A stretch of DNA of 64,000 nucleotides from Candidatus Bathyarchaeia archaeon (GTDB lineage: Archaea > Thermoproteota > Bathyarchaeia > 40CM-2-53-6). The stretch covers positions 64,001-128,000 of the forward strand of contig JBEKVV010000004.1 in the NCBI GenBank assembly GCA_049513715.1. Reading direction: 5' to 3'. The notes beneath the pieces are model-generated. The model had not been told where the DNA came from and ran no database searches. It saw only the letters and a list, made by a program, of their open reading frames with translations. Made by a program: the position numbers and the translations under genes. Positions within the stretch are counted from its first letter, which is position 1, and every line of letters begins with the position of its first letter. Shown here piece by piece: positions 29,204-39,901 of this stretch.

Positions 29204-30637
29204 TTGCACAAGCTTTTCATCAACGGAGAGAACGTTGACTCCGCGAGCGGAGCAACCTACCAGATTCGAAACCCAGCAACATCTGAGCTGGTCGATACTG
29301 TCGCAAAAGGTAATGCCGATGACGCAAAGAAAGCGATCGACGCGGCTGAGGACGCGCTCGAGAAGTGGTCAGATTCAGCGCCCACACAAGCGCCCGGTGT
29401 CTTGAGCAAAGCTGCGCAACTCATCAGAACAAACGAGCAAGAGCTCGCTACGCTGCTGACAAAGGAGCAAGGTAAGACGCTACCAGAATCGTTGGGTGAA
29501 ATCAGGTTCTTCGCTAAGACTCTAGAATACTATTCCGGCGCTAAGATCACTGGTTCATACGTAACATTGACCGACAGAGTTTCCGCTGAAGTTGTGAAGG
29601 AGCCGGTAGGCATCGTCGGAGGCATCGTTCCATGGAACAACCCAGTTATGCTCATGGGTGCTAAGGTTGTGTCATCGATCAAGTCAGGCGACGCAATAAT
29701 AATCAAACCTGCTACTACAACGCCACTCAGCACGATTAGATGTGCTCAGATTCTTAGCGAAGCAGGCCTTCCGAAAGGCATCTTCAACGTGGTTCCCGGG
29801 CTAGGAAGCGTTGTTGGAGAGGAGCTGCTGAGAAATCCCAAGGTAAGAAAAATCTCTTTCACTGGTGAAAGCGAGACCGGGAAGCACATAATGGAGGTCG
29901 CGGCCCGCGACCTCAAACGAGTCACACTTGAATTGGGTGGTAGCAACCCGGTGATCGTCGCAGACGACGCCGACCTGGAAGCGGCAGTTGACAATACCCT
30001 TTTCGGACGGTTCCGAAACTGCGGCCAAGGCTGCATGTGCATAAAGCGAGCTTACGTGTTCGAGAAAGTAGCAGACTCGTTCATCAAAAAGCTGGTTGAC
30101 AAAGTGAAGGCGATAAAAGTCGGCAACGGCCTTGTCCAAGGCGTCAACATGGGCCCAATCCACTCAGCTTCCCAAAGGGAAGGATTCGAGGAACAAGTTA
30201 ACGATGGCATCAGCAAAGGCGCCAAGGTTTTGACGGGCGGCAAACGGCCAACCGGGCCAGAATACGACAGTGGGTTCTTCTACCTACCAACGCTCCTCGA
30301 GAACGCGGACCCGAGTTCGAAAGTTGTAAGGGAGGAAGTCTTCGGTCCAGCGTTACCCATCTTCCGAGTGAAGGACATGGAAGAGGCCGTGAAGCTCGGC
30401 AATGATTCAATCTACGGTCTAGGTGCTCACCTGTGGACTAGGGACATACAGAGAGCAATGAAGGCAGCGAGGAAACTCAAGGCTGGAACAATTCTTGTGA
30501 ACACCGCATACGGCTCAGGCGGCTGGGAAATCGAGGTACCTATGGGCGGCTTCAAACACAGCGGTATCGGTCGCGAGTACGGAATCGAGGGCATGAGCCA
30601 GTACCAAGAAATGAAAACCATCGTCTACGGTACCTAG
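29204..30637 (+). CDS. NAD(P)-dependent aldehyde dehydrogenase
   Basis: PWN, FTGE, LELGG, GQGC (catalytic Cys), EEVFGP, GGFKHSGIGRE. Confidence 0.95.
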   Translation: MHKLFINGENVDSASGATYQIRNPATSELVDTVAKGNADDAKKAIDAAEDALEKWSDSAPTQAPGVLSKAAQLIRTNEQELATLLTKEQGKTLPESLGEIRFFAKTLEYYSGAKITGSYVTLTDRVSAEVVKEPVGIVGGIVPWNNPVMLMGAKVVSSIKSGDAIIIKPATTTPLSTIRCAQILSEAGLPKGIFNVVPGLGSVVGEELLRNPKVRKISFTGESETGKHIMEVAARDLKRVTLELGGSNPVIVADDADLEAAVDNTLFGRFRNCGQGCMCIKRAYVFEKVADSFIKKLVDKVKAIKVGNGLVQGVNMGPIHSASQREGFEEQVNDGISKGAKVLTGGKRPTGPEYDSGFFYLPTLLENADPSSKVVREEVFGPALPIFRVKDMEEAVKLGNDSIYGLGAHLWTRDIQRAMKAARKLKAGTILVNTAYGSGGWEIEVPMGGFKHSGIGREYGIEGMSQYQEMKTIVYGT

Positions 30638-30723
30638 AGGCCAAGACTCCGCCCCACTCTTCTCTTTCTCAACAGACTCACCGGCACAACATGCCGGGTG
30701 AAGCCCTTATCGGGGTTCCTTTG

Positions 30724-31935
30724 CTACTGTTTTCCTTCGCAGATCCACAGGCTCATGAGTCCGTAGATTTTGGCGAATGTTAGCAGGCTGGCGAGTGAGA
30801 CGTTCTCATTTGGGCCGTGGGCGTTACTCTGGGTGTCGTCGCCTGGACCGAAGCCGCACAATGTTGGAATCTTTGCGTCGTTGATCAGTAGTCGTGAGTC
30901 GTTTGTTCCGTAGCCTCCCCGAAACTCTGGTTCATATCCTGTAACTAGTTTAGTAGCTCGTTTCGCAACTTGAACGAGGTAGTGGTCCATGGGAATTTCT
31001 GCGGGTGCCCCCCAGATGACGTTCGTAATATTCGCAGTGAGCCCCGGGTTTTCTTTCTGGATGCGATCGATCACGTCTCTGACGGATGAGAGTACTTCGT
31101 TCTTATTCATCCCTGGGACGGTTCTGATATCCACATCCGCATAGCACTCTGGGGGAATCACGTTCGTCTTGATTCCGCCACGAATTACGGTCCCTGGTGA
31201 AATTGTCGGTGAAGGCAGTATTTTGTGGGGCTCGTGTGGCAGTCGTAAGTGCTCCAGAGCTAACAGTAGCTTGCTCATGCCGAGGATGGCGTTTACGCCG
31301 TTTGCTGGGTTGCTTGCATGCGCGGCCCGTCCCACGGTTTTCACTGTGAGCCAGCAAATCCCCCTAACGGACGGGCGAATGTAGATTGACTCTTTGGCAA
31401 CTGAGCCTTCGGCGACAATTGCCAGATCTGCCTTGGCCAGATTTTTTTTGACCATGTATTTCGTTCCTAACGAGTTGGCTTCCTCGTCAGCAACAGCGTG
31501 CAACACAACATCTCCCCTAAGAGGCAGATCGGAGTCTGCCAGAGCTCTTAGGGCGATAACCATTGACGCAAGCGCACCTTTCATGTCAGCTGAGCCTCGT
31601 CCCCATATTCTCGTTCCATCGAACTCGCCCGCGAACGGATCCTTCTTCCATAGTTCTCTGGGCCCTGCAGGAACTACGTCTGTATGGCCGTTGAAAAGAA
31701 TCGACCGGCCCCCACCTTTACCGCGAAGGGTAGCGGCAACATTGATTCGTTTACTCGCAACCTCATACTGATCTACTTCGAACCCAATCTCAGACAACAC
31801 GCCAGAAAGTAACTGGGCGACGTCTTGCTCGTCTCCAGGTGGGTTCTCGCTCGGTATCCGAATGAGCTTCTGAACGAGGTCGAGAAGGTTCGGCTTCAGC
31901 CTCTCAACTTGGTTCAGTACTGAATCCTCAAGCAT
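30724..31935 (-). CDS. M20 family metallo-hydrolase (ArgE/DapE-like)
   Basis: NGHTDVVP, GRGSADMKG, ADEE, AHGPNE. Confidence 0.92.
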   Translation of the reverse strand: MLEDSVLNQVERLKPNLLDLVQKLIRIPSENPPGDEQDVAQLLSGVLSEIGFEVDQYEVASKRINVAATLRGKGGGRSILFNGHTDVVPAGPRELWKKDPFAGEFDGTRIWGRGSADMKGALASMVIALRALADSDLPLRGDVVLHAVADEEANSLGTKYMVKKNLAKADLAIVAEGSVAKESIYIRPSVRGICWLTVKTVGRAAHASNPANGVNAILGMSKLLLALEHLRLPHEPHKILPSPTISPGTVIRGGIKTNVIPPECYADVDIRTVPGMNKNEVLSSVRDVIDRIQKENPGLTANITNVIWGAPAEIPMDHYLVQVAKRATKLVTGYEPEFRGGYGTNDSRLLINDAKIPTLCGFGPGDDTQSNAHGPNENVSLASLLTFAKIYGLMSLWICEGKQ

Positions 31936-31950
31936 ACTCGGTCGCCTAAT

Positions 31951-32448
31951 CTACTGGTGTGTTGTACTAGTCAAGGGTTGGTGCTGCGAGACTTCGAAAG
32001 TGATTAGTTCCACTACTTTTCGCACAGCCCGCTCAACCACAAGTGACATGGCTGCCCCTTCGTCGAAGCATTTCCCCTCGATACCATAGACAATAAGCCT
32101 CTGGGGGAGCTGGTTCATGACTCTAGCTAGTTCGATCGCTTGTGGAACGCCGAAGGCATGCGTTGAGTAATGAAACATGCTCGCTGGGAGCGGTGAGTTG
32201 TGAGCCTCGTACCTGTGAATGTGTCCATGCTCGGCTCCGGATTTTACTGCGTCAACGAGTATTGTGACTTGCGAACTCTTCCACAATTCCATAAGACGTG
32301 CTCCTTCGCCAGACTCCTCGACGCTATTGCATTGATGGGGAAGTCTTTCTCTCACTCCACTCGCAACACGCAAACCGACTTCATCATCACCGCGAATTTC
32401 GTTTCCCACCCCGATCACGAGAACGCGTGAGTCATTCGAGCCCACCAA
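31951..32448 (-). CDS. [NiFe]-hydrogenase maturation protease
   Basis: GVGNEIRGDDEVG, LVDAV, STHAFG. The TTG start lies just after the large-subunit stop. Confidence 0.92.
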   Translation of the reverse strand: MVGSNDSRVLVIGVGNEIRGDDEVGLRVASGVRERLPHQCNSVEESGEGARLMELWKSSQVTILVDAVKSGAEHGHIHRYEAHNSPLPASMFHYSTHAFGVPQAIELARVMNQLPQRLIVYGIEGKCFDEGAAMSLVVERAVRKVVELITFEVSQHQPLTSTTHQ

Positions 32449-32450
32449 CT

Positions 32451-33743
32451 CTACTCCCTCTCTATTTTGAGTTTCAAGTAATGGGTTGCGCAGGAGATGC
32501 AGGGATCGTAATTGCGTATGAGTTGCTCGCACTGCCACGTAAGCTTGTCCGTCGACAGCCTAATGTTTTCTTCCACGAAATGCTTCAGGTCTTCCTCGAT
32601 TCCGCTTTGGTTCTGGGATGTGGGTGGCACGATTTTGGCATTGAGTATGATGCCGTTGTCGTCGATGGTGTATCGGTGGTAGAGTATTCCGCGAGGTGCC
32701 TCAGTGCAGCCATAACCTGTACCTCCGTGCGGATGGATTTGTACTGCGGGCTCGAGTGGTGGTGTGTATTGCTTTATGATGCGCAATGCTTCATCGCATG
32801 CGTGGAGGGTTTCCACGCTGCGTGCGATGATGCTTTTGAAGGGGTTTCGGCAGGTTGGCTTCAACCCTGCCTGCCTCGCGGCCTTCTGTGCCGATGAAGA
32901 CAGCTTATCGAAGTTCAGGTTGAAGCGGGCCATCGGGCCTGTGATGTAGGCTCCGCCGTTTTTCATGTGACCGTGAAGGGCGTTGGAATGTGCAACATGT
33001 TCCTCTATGAAATTGTCTTCGTAGTCGTTTACGGCGATGTCCAAACCACTGCTTGAAACCAAACGCCCCTCGTTGAACGGGTACTCGTCTGGGTGCCGTA
33101 GGGCTACGTATTCGTAGTCTTGTTCAAAGTCGGGGAACTTGAAGCCTGCTACCCAACGAACGGTCTCTTCTGCGGCCTTGCGTGCCCACTTCAACTCCTC
33201 AACAATCGGAGCTATTTCATCTTTGGTTGGGACCTTGTAGAAACCGCCCACCCGAACGTTAATCGGATGAATCTCCCTTCCACCGAGAAGCGAAACTAAC
33301 GCATTACCGATTTTCTTGAGCCGCAGTCCTCTCTGAACAATTTGGGGGTTGTCTCGTGCAATTTGGAGGACGTTGTCGTACCCTAGGAAGTCGGGTGCAT
33401 GAAGCATGTAAATGTGCAGTGCGTGGCTCTCGATCCATTCCCCGCAGTAGATTAACCGGCGTAGGTCACGGAGGGAGCCTTTGACTTGGACGCCACAGGC
33501 GTTCTCCATTGCATGAACCGCGCTCATCTGATAGGCGATGGGGCATATGCCGCAGATTCGCGCAGTGATATCTGGCGCCTCTGTGAAATGGCGGCCGCGT
33601 AGGAACGCTTCGAAGAACCGGGGTGGCTCGTAGATTCTGAGCTTAGCGTCAGTGACCTTTCTGCCCTGAATCTTTAGATTTAGTGCGCCTTCGCCTTCTA
33701 CTCGCGCGAGAGCGTCCACGTCGATGGTTCTACTTGCTGGCAT
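32451..33743 (-). CDS. hydA: Group 3b [NiFe]-hydrogenase (sulfhydrogenase-type) large/alpha subunit
   Basis: [21 protein letters not shown] followed by a cleavable C-terminal extension. Confidence 0.95.
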   Translation of the reverse strand: MPASRTIDVDALARVEGEGALNLKIQGRKVTDAKLRIYEPPRFFEAFLRGRHFTEAPDITARICGICPIAYQMSAVHAMENACGVQVKGSLRDLRRLIYCGEWIESHALHIYMLHAPDFLGYDNVLQIARDNPQIVQRGLRLKKIGNALVSLLGGREIHPINVRVGGFYKVPTKDEIAPIVEELKWARKAAEETVRWVAGFKFPDFEQDYEYVALRHPDEYPFNEGRLVSSSGLDIAVNDYEDNFIEEHVAHSNALHGHMKNGGAYITGPMARFNLNFDKLSSSAQKAARQAGLKPTCRNPFKSIIARSVETLHACDEALRIIKQYTPPLEPAVQIHPHGGTGYGCTEAPRGILYHRYTIDDNGIILNAKIVPPTSQNQSGIEEDLKHFVEENIRLSTDKLTWQCEQLIRNYDPCISCATHYLKLKIERE

Positions 33744-34512
33744 GTGACTCGCTCTCCTTTCTGAATGGTTCAGCGTACGCGTTGAATGTGCGGAATGCCC
33801 GCAAGATATCTTCGCCCTTCATGCCCAGATGTGCCAACCAATTGCTCATTGAGCCTGTGTTCGGCGTCTCCATTGGGCCGAAACATGCGTAGCAACCACG
33901 GTTGTAGCTGGGGCAGATTGCACCGCAGCCGGCTTGCGTTACTGGCCCAAGGCAGGGTGTGCCATGAGCAACCATGACGCATGTGGTTCCACGCAGCTTG
34001 CACTCCATACAAACGCTGCTCGTGGGAATGTTCGGCCTACGCGCGTTCAGAGTTGCGTTGATGACCTCAAGTAGCTGGTTCTTGTTGATTGGGCAGCCGC
34101 GTAATTCGAAGTCAACCTGAACATGTTCACTGATTGGGGTCGACGTGCTCAGGGTGTCTATGTATTCTGGTTTGGCGTATACGGCGGAGATGAACTCCTT
34201 GACGTCTTTGAAGTTGCGAAGTGCTTGAATGCCACCGGCCGTTGCGCATGCGCCAATGGTGACAAGTAGCTTGGATTCCTGGCGAGCCTTTTGGATCCGT
34301 TCAATGTCGTGCGCCGTTGTGATGGAGCCCTCTACGAGTGAAACATCGTATGGTCCTCTGGTTACGGCGCTTGATGCTTCTAGGAAGTATGATATGTTAA
34401 CCTCACCAGCCAGGGAAAGCAACTCGTCCTCGCAGTCCAAGATGCTGAGCTGGCAGCCGTCGCAAGATGAGAACTTCCAAACGGCAAGTTTGGGTTTCTG
34501 TTTATTAGACAT
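33730..34512 (-). CDS. hydD: Group 3b hydrogenase small/delta subunit
   Basis: [37 protein letters not shown]. Confidence 0.92.
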   Translation of the reverse strand: MSNKQKPKLAVWKFSSCDGCQLSILDCEDELLSLAGEVNISYFLEASSAVTRGPYDVSLVEGSITTAHDIERIQKARQESKLLVTIGACATAGGIQALRNFKDVKEFISAVYAKPEYIDTLSTSTPISEHVQVDFELRGCPINKNQLLEVINATLNARRPNIPTSSVCMECKLRGTTCVMVAHGTPCLGPVTQAGCGAICPSYNRGCYACFGPMETPNTGSMSNWLAHLGMKGEDILRAFRTFNAYAEPFRKESESHASK

Positions 34513-34513
34513 C

Positions 34514-35353
34514 CTAAATCTCCCTCTTTGATAGGAATGGTTGGATCTGGTCGTATCGGAAGACTGGGCCGTCCTTGCAGACGAATACGGATCCGAGCTG
34601 GCAGTGGCCGCAGAGTCCATTGCCGCACTTCATGTTGCGTTCCATGGAGACGAAGATGTTTTCTGTGGTGACGCCGCGATTCTGGAGTTCTAGGATTGTG
34701 AAACGGGTCATGATTTCTGGCCCACAGATGAACGCCTTCGTATGCTGAGGGTCGAAGTTGGCCCTTGGAATGAGTGTAGTCACCACGCCAACATTTCCAT
34801 GCCACCCAGGTTTTGCAGTGTCCACAGTTGTTTCGACGTCTATGTCGAATCGGGCTCGCCATCGTTTAAGCTCGGTTGTGTAGAGCATGTCTTGCGGCGT
34901 CCTCGCTCCGTAAAGGAGAACAATTCGCCCGTAATGCTCGCGATTAGCGAGCAGTTGGTAGATTGCTGGGCGCAACGGGGGTAGCCCGACGCCCCCCGTA
35001 ACTATGAGCACAGCATGCCCGACCGAGTCTTCAACGGGCCAATGCGTTCCGTAAGGACCCCGAACAGTGACTTCTTCGCCTTTCTTTAGGAGGCATAATG
35101 CTCTGCTCACCGCACCCACTGATCTTATTGTGTGAATCAGCCTCTCTGGTTTTGTGGGGTCACCGCTGATTGAGACTGGGACTTCGCCAACCCCGAACCC
35201 GTACACCATATTGAACTGTCCCGGGGTAAATGAGAAGTCGTCATGGTCATCGACCGGCTCAAATTCAAGGGTCCAAGTGTCGTATGTTTCCTGGTTGGAT
35301 TGTTGAACGCGGTAAATGCGGGGAAGAATGGACTCGGTGGAGAGTGGTTTCAT
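34514..35353 (-). CDS. hydG: Group 3b hydrogenase gamma subunit (FAD/NAD(P)-binding, 2Fe-2S)
   Basis: [40 protein letters not shown]. Confidence 0.92.
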   Translation of the reverse strand: MKPLSTESILPRIYRVQQSNQETYDTWTLEFEPVDDHDDFSFTPGQFNMVYGFGVGEVPVSISGDPTKPERLIHTIRSVGAVSRALCLLKKGEEVTVRGPYGTHWPVEDSVGHAVLIVTGGVGLPPLRPAIYQLLANREHYGRIVLLYGARTPQDMLYTTELKRWRARFDIDVETTVDTAKPGWHGNVGVVTTLIPRANFDPQHTKAFICGPEIMTRFTILELQNRGVTTENIFVSMERNMKCGNGLCGHCQLGSVFVCKDGPVFRYDQIQPFLSKREI

Positions 35354-35360
35354 GATGGCC

Positions 35361-35822
35361 CTATCCGCCCTCGTCGTACAGGTCCAAGAGTTGTAGTCGT
35401 GTGGCCTGTAGCCTCTGTATCATGACTGCGGAGAATCTCTTCATCAGCTCGTAGCCCAGGTCGTGGTCTTCTTCACACTTCTTGCGCAAGCATTTGCCGT
35501 CGAGGCTAATGGCCCGCGTGAGTTCGATTGCTCTCGCACCAAAGTGCACGTGGTAAGGCGGAAAGAGCCATGACCAGCCTAGCACGTCTCCATTTGTAAG
35601 AGTCTGGATTGTAATCGCTCCACGTTTTGGTGAGAAGGCCTCAATGGCGACTTTGCCTTCGCGTATGACGAAGAAGTTGTTCGCCTCATCCCCCTCTCGG
35701 TACAGAGATTCTTCTTGCTCAAAGCGGACGTTTGATGCGCAGCCCGCTAGGAATTGTAGCTGTTGCGGTTTTAGGCCTTTGAAGAATGGGTGGTCGGCGA
35801 GCACCACGTCAAGCGTTTTCAA
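35361..35822 (-). CDS. Stand-alone cyclic-nucleotide-binding domain protein inside the hydrogenase operon
   Basis: [34 protein letters not shown]; no HTH domain. Confidence 0.88.
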   Translation of the reverse strand: MKTLDVVLADHPFFKGLKPQQLQFLAGCASNVRFEQEESLYREGDEANNFFVIREGKVAIEAFSPKRGAITIQTLTNGDVLGWSWLFPPYHVHFGARAIELTRAISLDGKCLRKKCEEDHDLGYELMKRFSAVMIQRLQATRLQLLDLYDEGG

Positions 35823-36963
35823 TTTTCATACCTCCAGATTCAGCTGTTGCAGTCTTTTCGCTTTCGCGAATTGCGCGTGCTTCTTCCGTTATGTCGATGC
35901 CGACAGGGCACCATGTGATGCAGCGGCCACAGCCTACACACCCAGATGTTCCAAATTGGTCGATCCAGGTGCCGAGTTTGTGTGTCATCCACTGTCGGTA
36001 CCGGGACATAGGTGAGGGTCGAATGCTGCCGCCATGAATGTATGAAAAATCAACGGTGAAACATGAATCCCATTTCCGCCAACGCTCCGCATGCCTGCCT
36101 GTGAGGTCGGTCACGTCATAGACGTCGCTGCAGAAGCAGGTCGGGCACACTAGGGTGCAGTTGCCGCAGGTCAGGCAGCGGTCGGCGACTTGGATCCAAC
36201 GTGGGTTATCATAGTTCCTGTATAGCAGTTCTTTAATGCCATTTGTATCCAGAGTCTTACGCACTTCTACTGCATCAGATACGTGATCGGCCGCTCTTGA
36301 TTGTGCCTCGGTAGCCGTTTGGTTGGTAATCGATTCGATGACAGAGTTGCCCCGCTCTGATCCTACATCAAGCACGAAGAAATGCGAACCGTTTTCGAGA
36401 ACCTCGGTTAGAGCAAGGTCGTAGCCGAAAGTCGCCTTTGGGCCTGTGCCCATGGAGACGCAGAAGCAATTGCTGCTTGCATGGCTGCAATTTGCCGCAA
36501 GAACAAATGTGTTCTCGCGACGCGCCCTATATCCTGGATCCGAGTATTCTCCTTCGAGGAAGACTTTGTCTTGGATGGCGATTGCGTGTATTTCGCATGA
36601 ACGGGCACCGATGAATGCGTATTTCTCGGTTGGCCCTTCTTTCTCACTGACCGCTTGTATCTTCTTCGCGCCTCGATTCGCCTGCCATAAGCGAGCCATG
36701 GGAGGGAATAGTAGGCGTTTCCACGATTGGGGGCCGACCGTATATCCGAAGACGCGTTCATCATTACTCCTCTTGAGCCGGCAAGCACCTCCATCCTGCT
36801 CATCGATCCATCCTACTGGCAGGTCGGCGAGAGCTGTTATGTTATCGTAAACGATCGCCCCTTCGCGGACAGTGGGTCCAATCAGGTGGTAGCCCCGCTT
36901 CCTGAGCAGATCGAAAAGTTGCTGTAGGCCTTTTGTGTCGACAATCAACTTGCGCGCAGTCAT
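35809..36963 (-). CDS. hydB: Group 3b hydrogenase beta subunit (4Fe-4S dicluster)
   Basis: [32 protein letters not shown]. Confidence 0.92.
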   Translation of the reverse strand: MTARKLIVDTKGLQQLFDLLRKRGYHLIGPTVREGAIVYDNITALADLPVGWIDEQDGGACRLKRSNDERVFGYTVGPQSWKRLLFPPMARLWQANRGAKKIQAVSEKEGPTEKYAFIGARSCEIHAIAIQDKVFLEGEYSDPGYRARRENTFVLAANCSHASSNCFCVSMGTGPKATFGYDLALTEVLENGSHFFVLDVGSERGNSVIESITNQTATEAQSRAADHVSDAVEVRKTLDTNGIKELLYRNYDNPRWIQVADRCLTCGNCTLVCPTCFCSDVYDVTDLTGRHAERWRKWDSCFTVDFSYIHGGSIRPSPMSRYRQWMTHKLGTWIDQFGTSGCVGCGRCITWCPVGIDITEEARAIRESEKTATAESGGMKIENA

Positions 36964-37252
36964 TTGCCCACAGCTCGCCCAAAATGGCACGTTTCTGTAT
37001 GAAGCAGGCTAACCTTTTCGGCTGATTTCCTCCATTGAATCCCTGCTTGGAAACGGTTGCAGGGGGAATCTTAGGGCATTGTGGTCTGTGGAATGTTCTA
37101 TCATTTTCACTAGGAATGCTGTTGCGGACCAACTAGACAAAATGAACCGGCTGCCCATCTGACCTGACTCGCCACGAGGGATTCTTACAGAACTAGGCTT
37201 AATAATCGGAATAAAATTCGATGCATGCGCGTCAGTTCAGTAGGCCTATCGC

Positions 37253-38034
37253 TTGGAAACTAGTTCGAATTTCGTTGAACATAATGAGGCATTGAAGAAA
37301 GAGGGCCTACGCATAATCTCCGAGGGCAACAAGCGTGGGTTTCACTTACGCCTTCTTGGCGCAATAGCATTCCAGACCCACTGTCCCAAGTATGACTACT
37401 TCACGCTGAAACTAAGAAGAATGCCCTCAGACGTCGACTTCGTAGGCTATGCAAAGGAGAATCAGCTAGTCACCAGTATGATGCGAGAGCTGGGTTATGC
37501 TGACCAACCGATGATCACCGCTCTCTGGGGAGATAGGCGAACCATCTGGGACCACCAAACGAACGGAACCCACGTTGACATTTTCTTTGAAAGTATGAGA
37601 TGAACCACAACATTCCTTTCACAAATCGACTTGAACTCGAACCATTCACGATTTCCCTTGCAGACATGCTCCTGGAGAAGATGCAGATAGTTCACATCAA
37701 CGAAAAAGACATCATAGACACGATAATGCTACTGCGCGAACATGAGATTGGGTATGAGAATGCTGCAGAGACGATAGACGCACGGTACATCGTCGGCCTA
37801 CTCTCCAAAGACTGGGGCTTTTACTACACCTTTACAACAAACCTCGCCAAAGTGAGAGAGAAAACCGCAGCTACCAAAGAATTAAGCGAAGACGATCGAG
37901 CAGATGTGAACAGGAAGATTCAGAAATTAGCTGATATTCTTGAAAAAGAGCCGAAGACGTTCGCTTGGAAGATGAGAGCCAAGATTGGAACGAAGAACAA
38001 GTGGTATAAGGATGTAGAAGAGATTAGGCGCTAA
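37253..38034 (+). pseudogene. Nucleotidyltransferase-like uncharacterised gene, frameshifted or split at about 37590-37603
   Basis: The N-part has LRLLGAIAF..SDVDF..HVDIFF. The C-part, in the -1 frame, is paralogous to 1-248. One extra A in GAAA (37589-37592) would fuse them as FFEKYEMNH. Confidence 0.65.
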
Positions 38035-38216
38035 TCGCGGCAACCTTGTTTGAACGCGCGATTCTCATGTTATGAGGAACATGTAACCTTTGAACGGCAT
38101 TTTAGGATATTTACCACTTACCCGTCTTTGACTGGAACCTTCGGTGTGAGTAAGTTAATGCCTCTAGCAGCCAGGGCTCAGAGTGATTGCACCGAGAGTT
38201 TCAGAGATCTTAACTG

Positions 38217-38723
38217 TTAATGGGCTAATGCGTGAGCCTGAACGCGTGCTTCGAGCAGTTTCCTTAGGTCTTCGGGCATATTGGGCTCGTACGCTACCTT
38301 CACCAGCCAATACAGCATGTCTCTCTCAGTGACCATTCCGACAAGTTTGCCACCATCGATGACAGGAAGTCGTCGAATGTCGTTCCTCACCATCTGTTCC
38401 ACAGCCTTCCAAATCTCCATCGAAGGCGCGACCGTCACAAGTGGCTTGGACATTGCCTTCTTGACAGCCATCGTACGCAAATTCTGACCCTTCGCGATCC
38501 TCGTCGTAACATCTCGTTCCGTCAGGATTCCGATTGGCTTCCCCTTCTCAACCACGATTATGCTTCCAATCTTGTGCCTCACCATCGTGCGAAGAGCCAC
38601 GTTAACCTTCTCATTCGCCTTTGCAGTTACAATCTTGGTGGACATTATGGCGGAGACATCCTCACTCGGTGTACCAGACGCGGACAAGCTTCTCCTCTCG
38701 CTTCGACGATGCGCTTCAATCAT
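38217..38723 (-). CDS. Tandem CBS-domain protein
   Basis: IGILTERD, IRRLPV, GMVTERD. Confidence 0.9.
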   Translation of the reverse strand: MIEAHRRSERRSLSASGTPSEDVSAIMSTKIVTAKANEKVNVALRTMVRHKIGSIIVVEKGKPIGILTERDVTTRIAKGQNLRTMAVKKAMSKPLVTVAPSMEIWKAVEQMVRNDIRRLPVIDGGKLVGMVTERDMLYWLVKVAYEPNMPEDLRKLLEARVQAHALAH

Positions 38724-38831
38724 CTAAAAGACTTCCTGAAGACGCCAGATTAGATCACTTTGCAGCACAACCGCACAGGAACCTAGAATAGGATTTATTG
38801 CGGGTTTTGCAGAGCTACCTTCTGGTTTCGT

Positions 38832-39086
38832 TTGAGTGGGGTTAAGGTAACCATTGTGTATCTCGGTCAAGCTCGCGAAGTCGCCCGGACAAAAGAGGAA
38901 GAGCTTGTATTAACGACCCCTGCAAAGGTCGAGCACGCGATTATTCAAGCCGTCAGCGCCCACCCTGAACTGTCCAAATTAATGGAAACAATTCGCCTCC
39001 TCTTAAACGGCCAATGGGCAGCGGGGAACGCGGAATTGAAGGACGGGGATCGAGTCACTCTTCTACCGCCGGTCGGAGGAGGCTAG
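38832..39086 (+). CDS. MoaD/ThiS/SAMP ubiquitin-like sulfur carrier
   Basis: LKDGDRVTLLPPVGGG with C-terminal Gly-Gly. Confidence 0.9.
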   Translation: MSGVKVTIVYLGQAREVARTKEEELVLTTPAKVEHAIIQAVSAHPELSKLMETIRLLLNGQWAAGNAELKDGDRVTLLPPVGGG

Positions 39087-39221
39087 ACAAACACATCGGT
39101 TCCACTTGGAGAAAGTCAGCTCCTAGGCTGCGCCCACGGTGCCACAAGTTTCTCGAACAAGGTTTCATCCTGCGAAAACATGAATGTAACTGACTAGTTT
39201 TTGAGTAATCGGCAGTCTCCG

Positions 39222-39848
39222 TTAGCATTTTGCGCCGCAATTGTGGCAGTACATCGCGCCGAGAGAGATTGCAGCTCCGCAATTTGTGCAGAATCCCGGA
39301 AGAACAGAAGGGGGAGCAATCGGGCGTGTGGACAGTCGGTAGTATTTCCATGCGAGGTAATACGAAGCTAACGTTGCCCCCAAGCCGCCGACAAACCAAA
39401 GCAACCCTAGGCTGGCGAACAGGTTGTTGAGAAAGTGCAACCCCACGGATACGAAATAGTACTTCAGTGTAGCACGTTTGAATACACCGTAAGCGACGAT
39501 CGTTGTGCCAGCTGCATGAAAACCGATAGCTGGCAACCTAGCAATGAAAGGAACCCCGCTCAAGACGTAGACAATGGATTCAGCTAACCCGAAACCAAGC
39601 CCAGCGAGAAAACCGAAAAGGAGGAGAGATTTCGCAGGCCTTTCGTACCGAAAGAATAACGGGTTTGCTTTCGCGAATTCCTCCACGAAGGGGGCCACAA
39701 TCGTGACTACACCAAATGTCGTAAACCATAGATGGGAGGTCATTTCGAAGAGGAACGCCACAGGTGCACCTACCACGATTCCTGAAAGAAAGAAGAACAG
39801 CTTTTCTCCTGTTGACGACTCGCTCGGCATTGACGTCTCCTTGCCCAT
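39222..39848 (-). CDS. PrsW-like glutamic intramembrane protease with C-terminal zinc ribbon
   Basis: APFVEEFAK, GLGFGLAE, FH, LHFLNN; CTNCG..CHNCG. Confidence 0.8.
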   Translation of the reverse strand: MGKETSMPSESSTGEKLFFFLSGIVVGAPVAFLFEMTSHLWFTTFGVVTIVAPFVEEFAKANPLFFRYERPAKSLLLFGFLAGLGFGLAESIVYVLSGVPFIARLPAIGFHAAGTTIVAYGVFKRATLKYYFVSVGLHFLNNLFASLGLLWFVGGLGATLASYYLAWKYYRLSTRPIAPPSVLPGFCTNCGAAISLGAMYCHNCGAKC

Positions 39849-39901
39849 TTTGTCGCTGTGCCCTGGGAGTAACAGCGGGTTGGGGTTAAGAGTTTAGGCA
39901 G

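Noticed and set aside
30681..30697. Hairpin CCGGCA-N5-TGCCGG between convergent genes
   Set aside because: Too short to distinguish from chance; at most a terminator-associated stem.
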